Part shown: positions 1 through 6,997 of the stretch, piece by piece
How positions within the stretch are numbered: position 1 is the first letter of the stretch
Layout of the letters: every line of letters starts with the position of its first letter
DNA from: Candidatus Heimdallarchaeota archaeon
GTDB taxonomy: Archaea > Asgardarchaeota > Heimdallarchaeia > Heimdallarchaeales > Heimdallarchaeaceae
Assembly (NCBI GenBank): GCA_030668825.1
Contig: DAOVET010000070.1
Location: forward strand, 1-13,806
Direction of reading: 5' to 3'
Length of the DNA: 13,806 nt
The notes under the pieces: generated by a model
Seen by the model: the letters and a program-made list of their open reading frames with translations, nothing else
What the model was told of the DNA's origin: nothing
Databases searched by the model: none
Made by a program: the position numbers and the translations under genes

Positions 1-1
1 T

Positions 2-856
2 CAAGGGGTTAACATTAAAATCAGACATATCGCAGCAAAAACCCTTTCTATTAATCCCGAAAGGATTAGGATAGAAAGTACAAGTACTAGTCGGGTAATT
101 AATACTTCACCAACTGCTGCAAGCACTGGGGCTGACCTCAATGGAAAAGCAGTAGAGATAGCTTGCAACAAGATTATAGATCGATTGAAAAATGCTGCAG
201 CAGAGAAATTAGGTACAAATGTAATTTCAATAGAAGATGAGTATGTTTATCAAGACGGAAGAAGAACAGATATCTCTTGGAAAAAACTTGTCAATTTAGC
301 TTATTTACAAAGAGTTAATCTTTCTGCTCAAGCATTTTATGCGACACCTAGAATTCATTTTGATACTAAAAAGGAGAGAGGACGACCTTTTGCTTACCAT
401 GCTTATGGAACAGCAGTTACAGCAGTAACAGTTGATTGCTTAAGAGGGACATATACAATTGATAAAGTTCAAATGGTACACGATGCAGGAAAAACTCTTA
501 ACTATCTTGTAGATTTGGGACAAGCAGAAGGAGGATTAATCCAAGGAATCGGTTGGATGACTGTCGAAGAATTAGTCTTTGACAAAGGAAAGAACTTTAC
601 AGATTCCTTATCAACATATAAAATACCTAACCTTTATTTCACTCCAAAGATTGAAGTTACTTTTTTAGAAGATGCAGATAATCCAGAAGCTGTTTTGAAA
701 TCAAAAGCTATCGGAGAACCCCCCTTCATGTATGGAATAGGTACTTACTTAGCTTTAAAAAATGCAGCTCAAGCTTACAGAAAAGATAAAGAATGGGAAT
801 ATTCAGCACCTCTTACGCCTGAGAAGTTACTTTTATTCTTACATGATTTGGATTGA
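2..856 (+). CDS. xdhB: Xanthine dehydrogenase molybdopterin-binding subunit, C-terminal part (5' end lies outside the window)
   Basis: The frame is open from base 2 (QGVNIKIRHIAAKTL...NTSPTAASTGADLNGKA...), well upstream of the ORF-track start at 185. Motifs: (EMG)QG, NTSPTAAS, DLGQAEGGLIQGIGW, STYKIP, and SKAIGEPP carrying the catalytic Glu of the xanthine oxidase family. xdhC follows directly. Confidence 0.93.
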   Translation, partial: QGVNIKIRHIAAKTLSINPERIRIESTSTSRVINTSPTAASTGADLNGKAVEIACNKIIDRLKNAAAEKLGTNVISIEDEYVYQDGRRTDISWKKLVNLAYLQRVNLSAQAFYATPRIHFDTKKERGRPFAYHAYGTAVTAVTVDCLRGTYTIDKVQMVHDAGKTLNYLVDLGQAEGGLIQGIGWMTVEELVFDKGKNFTDSLSTYKIPNLYFTPKIEVTFLEDADNPEAVLKSKAIGEPPFMYGIGTYLALKNAAQAYRKDKEWEYSAPLTPEKLLLFLHDLD

Positions 857-885
857 AAGGAAATAAAATCAAGTGAGATGCTAAT

Positions 886-1851
886 ATGAATGAAGAACAA
901 TTTTGGAAAAAAATTCTACTAGAGATTGAAACAGATAATACTGGAGTATTAGCTATTATAATTCGTCGAGAAGGATCTGCTCCAAATGTACCTGGAGCAA
1001 AAATGTTTGTTACTCTTGATAGTTTACATGGGACTATAGGAGGAGGAATTTCTGAACACAAACTAGTAGAAGATGCAAGAGCTTTGATTGAAGAAGAGAA
1101 ATTTACCTCAGAAAAAATCCACTTAGAACACAATGAAAAAGCTTCAGAAAATAGGTCTGGCATGATCTGTTCGGGGTCACAAACTTTCGCATTAATTCCT
1201 CTTACTGTAAAGGATAAGACTGTAGTTGAGCAAATAGTTGAAGCTTATTCAAAAGCAAAACCTGGTAATCTGACATTGAACAAAGATGGAATCAGTATTG
1301 ATTTTAACAGAACATTAACAAAAGATAAAATCTATATTGAAGAAAATGGTAATTGGATTTATCGAGAAAATGTTGGAATGCAGAATAGACTTTTTGTGAT
1401 TGGTGGAGGACATGTTTCTCTTTCTTTATCTAGGATAATGGAAACACTAGATTTTCATATAACTGTTTTTGATGATAGAGATAACCTCCCTACTATACTC
1501 TCTAATTCTTATGCGAATGAAAAACGAATTATCTCATATGAAAACATTGAGGAGTATATTCCTGAAGGAAATAATATTTATGTTATAATAATGACTTTTG
1601 CTCATAAATCAGATGAACTTGTACTAGAAAAAATGCTGAATAAGAAACATGCTTACTTGGGTATGATGGCCAGTACAGCAAAGAAGAAACAAATATTTGA
1701 TAATCTTGAAGAAAAAGGAATTTCAAAAGATCTTCTCAATAATATTTACTCCCCAATTGGAATAAGTATCAATAGTAACACTCCAGAAGAGATAGCCATC
1801 AGTATAGCTGCTGAATTAATTAAAGTTAAGAATTCAAATACGCTTAACTAA
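886..1851 (+). CDS. xdhC: XdhC/CoxI family molybdenum-cofactor chaperone
   Basis: N-terminal GSAP..PGAKM...GTIGGG and GMICSG motifs; C-terminal Rossmann-like GGGHVS, IMT..H..D, YLGMMAS, SPIGI.I.S.TPEEIAISIAAELI. Lies 29 nt after xdhB. Confidence 0.93.
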   Translation: MNEEQFWKKILLEIETDNTGVLAIIIRREGSAPNVPGAKMFVTLDSLHGTIGGGISEHKLVEDARALIEEEKFTSEKIHLEHNEKASENRSGMICSGSQTFALIPLTVKDKTVVEQIVEAYSKAKPGNLTLNKDGISIDFNRTLTKDKIYIEENGNWIYRENVGMQNRLFVIGGGHVSLSLSRIMETLDFHITVFDDRDNLPTILSNSYANEKRIISYENIEEYIPEGNNIYVIIMTFAHKSDELVLEKMLNKKHAYLGMMASTAKKKQIFDNLEEKGISKDLLNNIYSPIGISINSNTPEEIAISIAAELIKVKNSNTLN

Positions 1852-1877
1852 TTGAAGAATTAATTAAGTTTAGCGTA
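1839..1877 (+). terminator. Imperfect hairpin over the xdhC stop codon (possible terminator or stability element)
   Basis: TACGCTTAACTAATT (1839-1853) pairs imperfectly with AATTAAGTTTAGCGTA (1862-1877). T-rich tracts follow at about 1934-1961. Confidence 0.3.
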
Positions 1878-1995
1878 AAAAATTCTCAATTGTAAGTTTT
1901 AGCTCTCAATTATAGTTTCTACTTATGATTCAATTTTTTCTTGACGCTTTTTTCTCTTTTTAGATCTTCTGTCGCAACGTTTATTTTCTTCTAAT

Positions 1996-2041
1996 AATCT
2001 TTAACAATAACTGATCTATTTTACATATGATTATTGAAGGT
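1996..2041 (+). promoter_or_regulatory. TATA-like box and Shine-Dalgarno-like site for the small ORF at 2049
   Basis: AATCTTTAA at 1996-2004 resembles the motif upstream of the genes starting at 4146, 10856 and 13680. GAAGGT at 2036-2041 ends 7 nt before the ATG. Confidence 0.45.
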
Positions 2042-2048
2042 TTAAGAA

Positions 2049-2192
2049 ATGGCAACTCTCACATTACCTTTTGTGACCCTCATTGTAACTTCTCTAATTG
2101 TCGCTGTAGCTTTAGCTATTTTTGTTGTATTTACTAGAACACTACGAGATACTAAATCCAATGTAGACTCTTCATATGATATGTCAAAATAG
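2049..2192 (+). CDS. 47-aa single-pass membrane microprotein (absent from the ORF track)
   Basis: ATG 2049 to TAG 2192 reads MATLTLPFVTLIVTSLIVAVALAIFVVFTRTLRDTKSNVDSSYDMSK: an uninterrupted uncharged, hydrophobic segment followed by basic residues. It has an upstream TATA-like and SD-like site and a downstream + strand T8 tract. Confidence 0.65.
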   Translation: MATLTLPFVTLIVTSLIVAVALAIFVVFTRTLRDTKSNVDSSYDMSK

Positions 2193-2225
2193 AGTGCATA
2201 CTTGATCAATATTCTGTCTTTCATC

Positions 2226-2270
2226 TCAGTTATAGTATTAATAGCTGAAGAAAATAGTTCTTTTTTTTCT
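2226..2270 (+). terminator. Hairpin plus oligo-T terminator between the microprotein and the convergent GTPase gene
   Basis: TCAGTTAT (2226-2233) and ATAGCTGA (2241-2248) form a stem with one G-U pair. T8 follows at 2261-2268 on the + strand. Confidence 0.45.
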
Positions 2271-2290
2271 TGAAATTAACTTTTCTAAAG

Positions 2291-2851
2291 TTACAACCCC
2301 ATCTGGAAGTAGATTCTGTCAATCAACCTTTCAAATGCAGAACTAACATTTTGTCCTGACTTAGCAGATGTTTCCACATATTCAACTTTTATTCCTCCCC
2401 ATTCTGAGAGTATTTGTGCATAGCTCATTGCAGAGGTTTTGTTTACCTGTACTTCTTCTGGAAGCTCTCCTCTAAGATCAATTTTATTTCCTACAATCAC
2501 TAATGGTATGAGCTTATTATCATTGTACTTAATCATCTCATTGATCCAAAAATCGATATTTGTAAAAGTATTTGGTCGGGTTATGTCAAAAACAACCATA
2601 GCTCCGTAAGTGTTTGCATAATAAGCTCCTCTTACTTCAGAAAACCTTGGCTGGCCAGCTAAATCCCAAATTTGCAGACTGACAATATAATCCTCATATG
2701 GAACCTGCTTCACGCTGAAGTCAGCGCCGATTGTCATAAGATAGTTTTCTCGAAAACTTTTTCCTAGAAAATTTCTCCTTAAGCTTGTCTTACCTACGGC
2801 TCCATCACCAATTAGTACCACTTTGAAAATTCTTCCTAGCTCTCCCGACAT
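2291..2851 (-). CDS. Rab-like small GTPase (Ras superfamily, eukaryotic signature protein)
   Basis: G1 GDGAVGKT, G2 T in TIGADF, G3 WDLAGQ, G4 NKID, G5 ETSAK. RabF-like motifs IGADF, SLQIW, RFSEV, YYANT, VVFDIT. Strong SD (AGGAGGT, 2862-2868, minus strand). No Cys, so no prenylation motif. Confidence 0.95.
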   Translation of the reverse strand: MSGELGRIFKVVLIGDGAVGKTSLRRNFLGKSFRENYLMTIGADFSVKQVPYEDYIVSLQIWDLAGQPRFSEVRGAYYANTYGAMVVFDITRPNTFTNIDFWINEMIKYNDNKLIPLVIVGNKIDLRGELPEEVQVNKTSAMSYAQILSEWGGIKVEYVETSAKSGQNVSSAFERLIDRIYFQMGL

Positions 2852-3043
2852 TTGAGATTCTACCTCCTTATATTTTGATATAATTTAAATCTTCTTATGT
2901 TCCAAGTTTGTATAGTTGTAATAGAGTAATATCTATACTCAATCATATGTTCTTTTACTATTTATTTTTTCTGGATATATTTTTTTATTTTTGCTACAAA
3001 CCAGCCTTTAAAAGTTATCTAGATTATCTTCTCGTGTGATTAA

Positions 3044-3508
3044 ATGTTAAATGAAGGTGAAAAAGCCCCCCTATTTTGTTTACCGAACGATAAGAGTGAG
3101 AAAATTTGTTTGGACCAATTCAAAGATAAATGGGTAGTTATTTATTTTTATCCCAGAGACAATACTCCAGGATGTACAACTGAAGCTTGCGATTTTAGTG
3201 CTAATATCACTGATTTTGTTGATATTGATGCTGTTGTGATTGGAATCAGTCCTGATTCTCCTGAAAGGCATGCAAAATTTATAGCTAAACATGACTTGAA
3301 ACACATTTTGTTAAGCGATGAAGATCATAAAGTTCTAGAGCTTTATGATACATGGAGAAAGAAACTGATGTATGGAAAAGAGCTCTTTGGAGTTATTCGA
3401 AGTACCTATCTCATTAATCCTCAAGGAGTTATAGCTAAGGTTTGGCCCAAAGTCAAGGTTAAAGGTCATGTTATTGAAGTTAGAGAGGTTCTCAAATCTT
3501 TAAAATAA
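3044..3508 (+). CDS. bcp: Peroxiredoxin, BCP/PrxQ subfamily
   Basis: YFYPRDNTPGCTTEACDF gives PxxxTxxC plus the CxxxxC resolving Cys; also GISPD, LLSD and RSTYLI. TTTAAAAG TATA-like box at 3007-3014. Confidence 0.95.
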   Translation: MLNEGEKAPLFCLPNDKSEKICLDQFKDKWVVIYFYPRDNTPGCTTEACDFSANITDFVDIDAVVIGISPDSPERHAKFIAKHDLKHILLSDEDHKVLELYDTWRKKLMYGKELFGVIRSTYLINPQGVIAKVWPKVKVKGHVIEVREVLKSLK

Positions 3509-3520
3509 GTCTGTGATAAA

Positions 3521-4072
3521 ATGGAGTTGAAACAAGTTATTGGAGAGAGACGAGCTTTTAGAGCTTTAGAATCTGTTGAAATAACAGCTGATTTTGTTAA
3601 GGATATAGCCTATCTGTCCTCTAGAGCACCATCTTGTGGCAATAAGCAGCCTTGGAGATTTGTCTTTGTTAAAGATAAAACTGTTTTGTCTGAATTACAT
3701 GAGGTTCTTAGTGGAGGTAATTATTGGGCTAAAGAAGCTTCAATGATAATAGCTGTTCATTCTCATCCTGATATGGGGTGTTTAATCGGTCCTAGAGAAT
3801 ATTATCTCTTTGGGACAGGGATGGCTACCGCTCATTTAATGCTTTCAATTGTTGACAAAGGTCTAGTGGCTCATGCCATGGCTGGCTTTAAAGAAGGTTT
3901 AGCTAAAGAAATTCTTAAAATTCCTGAAGAACATAGACTGATTGCATTACTTGCTGTTGGTAAAAGAAGTGATGATTTAAGTAAACTAGGTGAAAAACAT
4001 CAAGAAGATGAAATAACTAGGTCTTCAAGGAATCCATTTGAAGATTTTGCTCATATTGACCGATATGAGTAA
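3521..4072 (+). CDS. Nitroreductase family FMN-binding oxidoreductase
   Basis: RRAFR FMN-phosphate motif, APSCGNKQPWRFVFV, and a G.A...LML.....GL segment. Starts 12 nt after bcp with a GTGA SD-like site, so probably co-transcribed. Confidence 0.92.
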   Translation: MELKQVIGERRAFRALESVEITADFVKDIAYLSSRAPSCGNKQPWRFVFVKDKTVLSELHEVLSGGNYWAKEASMIIAVHSHPDMGCLIGPREYYLFGTGMATAHLMLSIVDKGLVAHAMAGFKEGLAKEILKIPEEHRLIALLAVGKRSDDLSKLGEKHQEDEITRSSRNPFEDFAHIDRYE

Positions 4073-4145
4073 ATTACTTTCTTTTAACGTGACTAGGATT
4101 AGCCATAATCTTTTAAGAAGAAATACTTAGTTAATATTGATATTT

Positions 4146-5006
4146 ATGGAATCTACTAGTAATAAAAAGACATTGAATGATATTAAAAATATTATTTCCA
4201 AAACATCTAAGGATGTGTCATATTTTATTCTTATGCAGGTAATTCTAGGTTTGATCCTAGTGATATTATTTGCAATAGCATATTATTTATTCTTTGCTGG
4301 TGATGTTTCTTCATTAGTTTCAAATTTCATAACTATTGATGTTTATTCATTTGTAGCAGGAATAGCTTTAATGTTTCTTTATGCTAGTTCAGGTTTCAAA
4401 GTATTAGCTTGTTTGACTATAATATTTTCACTCCTATATTTTGCAATAAATATTTTGTTGTTTGCTTTAATTTTCAGGTTGAGTAGAAGCTTCAAACAAC
4501 TTGAAGCAGAAGAAAAGACTCTGATACAAGCTTCAAAAATACAGAAATGGTTTATAGTTTTTGTATCTCTTTCATCATTAGCATTCTTTCTCCCAAGTTT
4601 TGGTTGGATTATAGCAATCATGTTAGCAAATGCTGGATTGAATGTTAGTTTCTACAACTTTCATGTAATCTTGGATCGATATGGTCTCAAACCAACTGTC
4701 TTGAGGAATTCAGCTTATCACATGCTTGCTGGAAGTTTCATCACTATTGTTTTTGCATTATTGCTTTTCATTGATATCTTTTATCTTCCAGGAATGATAG
4801 TTGGATATATTTTCTATTACTTCGCGTTTAACAATATGAAAAATCACATTTTATTTGTTTCACCAATAATGAAAAACACCCCTCCTCCCCCTTCAATACC
4901 AGCGCCTAGCGTTCCTCCTCCAAAACCAGTAATTGGTTCAAATGGGAAAATAGATATTGCCAAAGTTCCTTCCCCCCCAGCTTCTGATTATGACGAAGAT
5001 AAGTAA
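4146..5006 (+). CDS. Multi-pass (~7 TM) membrane protein with a proline-rich, acidic-ended C-terminal tail
   Basis: About seven hydrophobic segments, then the tail PPPPSIPAPSVPPPKP...VPSPPASDYDEDK. ATG 4146 is preferred over TTG 4137 because the TATA-like AATCTTTTAA at 4107-4116 puts the expected transcription start near 4141. Confidence 0.8.
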   Translation: MESTSNKKTLNDIKNIISKTSKDVSYFILMQVILGLILVILFAIAYYLFFAGDVSSLVSNFITIDVYSFVAGIALMFLYASSGFKVLACLTIIFSLLYFAINILLFALIFRLSRSFKQLEAEEKTLIQASKIQKWFIVFVSLSSLAFFLPSFGWIIAIMLANAGLNVSFYNFHVILDRYGLKPTVLRNSAYHMLAGSFITIVFALLLFIDIFYLPGMIVGYIFYYFAFNNMKNHILFVSPIMKNTPPPPSIPAPSVPPPKPVIGSNGKIDIAKVPSPPASDYDEDK

Positions 5007-5031
5007 TAAGGAATCTCACAAGCTTTCTGAA

Positions 5032-6627
5032 TCATTTGTTTTTTCTAATCTTTTTCTTCTTTCTTAGATAGAATACCAGAACTGCGACACTAATAAGTAC
5101 AACTGAACTTGGAATACCAACAGATAAACCTATTTTCAAGGCTTTTCTATTGAGGTTATTGAAAATAATTGAACCTGTAGAACTAAACCTTTCTGATTCA
5201 TTAGATAGATGTCCAGCTTCATCAGCTACAACTAATGTAATGTTATGACTACCAGCCGTAATTTCATCAACTGAATATTGAATTTGAGCTGATTGCCAAA
5301 ACCGTGGAAAAACAATATGACCTGTTTCTACAGTTACATCATCAATGTTAATGTAATAGGTTCCATTGAAGTTTGTTTTTGATCTGAAATTGTACCAAAA
5401 ATCCCATTCTAAGTAAGTAGAATTAACATCTTCAATAAATTGAGGTTCAGATACGATAGGAGCAAATCGTAATCTTTCCATACAATAAACACCAAAAACT
5501 TCATCTTCGATTTTGGGAAATGAAAGCTCCCAAACAATTTCTTGTTCCCTATTAACCTCAACTAACCTTGCTCCAAGATCTGTATCAATGTGACTTGTTG
5601 ATCCAAAAACACCTAACATATTTTTATTGGGTAAAATGTCACAATCTCCCCACCAACCACTAAAATAATCTTGAGGTGATATCCACTCCCAAGAAACATT
5701 GGCTGTCATTTTATCCTCATCTATAGTTATCTCCATTAATCTTGAATGAAAATTATTGGCATTAGTTTGATTATGCTGATCATTATCGAAATATATGAAT
5801 TTATTCTCACTTATCTTCTCTAGTGCATGTCCATGATAGAACATGATCTCTTGTTGATTTCCGCAGATATCATACAATGTGAAATTTCCGTGTTCTCCTA
5901 ACCCCCATATTACTTCTCCTGTTTTATGGTCAATTTTATAGAAAGTATTCAGATTTCGAGAATTTAGATAAAGTGAATCTTCCAGTTCATCATAAAAAAC
6001 TGTATTGAAGTGAGTAATATCTCTGAGTCCCGACTCCATATCTTCAAAGGGACACCATTGAGATTCATTTACAAAATCAATAGTATCTAATTCCCAAATG
6101 AGATCTCCCTCTGGAGTATATTCGTGAATTTTATCATAGAGATAATCCTCTCCCCCGATATTAATAACGTACCCTTTTAGTACAAAATAAGAATCATTTG
6201 CATAATTCCTTTCTATATCATGATGTCCTGAAAAATTAAAAATAGTTGTCGTATTAGTTTCAATATTCCATAGTTTTGCATGTCCAAGTTCTGCATAAAG
6301 GATTGTTGTTGAATTAATGAATTCAGCAGCATTATCTGCTAAAGCTCCATCTGAAAGCATCTCTCGTTCAAAATAGATCCTCCCATCTAAATCAGTGATA
6401 AGCATTGTTCGGTTTATCATTGACCAGTCAGAAGTGCTATGTCTTTCAACAACAAATAAATTGTAACCTTCAAAACGATCTGAACTAACATTTTTGAGAA
6501 TAGAATATTCAAATAGATTGTCTGATAAAAGATCTAAGTCTGGATTTCTGTAATTAGGAATTAAGTTGAAAGAAAAAATCAGAGTAAGAATAAGTATTTT
6601 GGTTTTTACAGATAAAGACGAACTCAT
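5032..6627 (-). CDS. Membrane-anchored arylsulfotransferase (ASST)-like beta-propeller protein
   Basis: N-terminal signal-like segment. ASST-type motifs GHHDIE, DITHFNTV, LNSRNLN, GEVIWGLG, YHGHA and YFDND. A beta-rich Ig-like region (GSHNITLVVADEAGH) precedes a C-terminal TM helix and RKKKKIRKNK stop-transfer. 14 N-X-S/T sequons. Confidence 0.82.
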   Translation of the reverse strand: MSSSLSVKTKILILTLIFSFNLIPNYRNPDLDLLSDNLFEYSILKNVSSDRFEGYNLFVVERHSTSDWSMINRTMLITDLDGRIYFEREMLSDGALADNAAEFINSTTILYAELGHAKLWNIETNTTTIFNFSGHHDIERNYANDSYFVLKGYVINIGGEDYLYDKIHEYTPEGDLIWELDTIDFVNESQWCPFEDMESGLRDITHFNTVFYDELEDSLYLNSRNLNTFYKIDHKTGEVIWGLGEHGNFTLYDICGNQQEIMFYHGHALEKISENKFIYFDNDQHNQTNANNFHSRLMEITIDEDKMTANVSWEWISPQDYFSGWWGDCDILPNKNMLGVFGSTSHIDTDLGARLVEVNREQEIVWELSFPKIEDEVFGVYCMERLRFAPIVSEPQFIEDVNSTYLEWDFWYNFRSKTNFNGTYYINIDDVTVETGHIVFPRFWQSAQIQYSVDEITAGSHNITLVVADEAGHLSNESERFSSTGSIIFNNLNRKALKIGLSVGIPSSVVLISVAVLVFYLRKKKKIRKNK

Positions 6628-6652
6628 TTTATAATACTTCCTAATTTTTCAA

Positions 6653-6668
6653 AATTAAATAGGTTTCG
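6653..6668 (-). promoter_or_regulatory. BRE-TATA promoter of the ASST-like gene
   Basis: The minus strand reads CGAAA-CC-TATTTAATT, with the TATA about 27-34 nt upstream of ATG 6627. Confidence 0.55.
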
Positions 6669-6670
6669 AA

Positions 6671-6997
6671 GTGTCTATCGAGCTGATCTTTACTTTTATT
6701 CTCACAGCTCTTGATTTCGCAATAGGACTTTCATTTGAGATTATAATTGTAGCAAATAAAGGAGATAGTTCAGTCAAAGCGTTTCTGGAGAAACTAGAAG
6801 AACAACATGTTCCCAACAAAGTAGCTATTCTAAAATATCTGGAAGATGACTCACTGCTAGAGAAGATAGAAATATTAAAGGATTACAAGCTAGTTACTAA
6901 TAAAGTAACAGCATATGTGTGCAAAGATTTTGTTTGTAAGCAACCTACAAACGATCCAGAAACAATGATTAAGGAATTGATTAGTAATGAGGATTAA
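6671..6997 (+). pseudogene. Isolated C-terminal domain of a YyaL/SSP411-type thioredoxin-domain protein (gene remnant or stand-alone domain)
   Basis: ALDFAIG.SFEIIIV...PNKV...TAYVCKDFVCKQPTNDP resembles the C-terminus of the ~700-aa YyaL/SPATA20 family. An in-frame TAA at 6656-6658 and the divergent gene at 6627 leave no room for the N-terminal thioredoxin and helical-barrel domains. Confidence 0.65.

Noticed and set aside
185-187. ORF-track start (TTG) for the first gene
   Set aside because: The frame is open from base 2 and encodes conserved XdhB motifs upstream of 185, so the true start is outside the window.
854-889. Possible TGA read-through (selenocysteine) or xdhB-xdhC fusion
   Set aside because: XdhB is already complete at the TGA, the read-through frame stops again after 10 codons, and xdhC is in a different frame.
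813-1163. 116-aa minus-strand ORF
   Set aside because: Antisense shadow of xdhB/xdhC with no recognisable motif.
1923-2000. Minus-strand basic peptide RLLEENKRCDRRSKKRKKRQEKIES resembling an NLS or gene remnant
   Set aside because: It has no start codon, is closed by an in-frame TAA just upstream, and is explained by T-rich terminator-like sequence on the plus strand.
2042-2224. 60-aa minus-strand ORF in the track
   Set aside because: It overlaps the better-supported plus-strand microprotein 2049-2192, which has a TM helix, TATA, SD and terminator.
3080-3304. 74-aa minus-strand ORF
   Set aside because: Antisense to bcp.
4379-4621. 80-aa minus-strand ORF
   Set aside because: Antisense to the membrane-protein gene, with no motif.
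4146-5006. Rhodopsin or GPCR interpretation of the ~7-TM protein
   Set aside because: The last helix has no retinal-binding Lys motif, no GPCR motifs are present, and the helix pattern looks like repeated hairpins.
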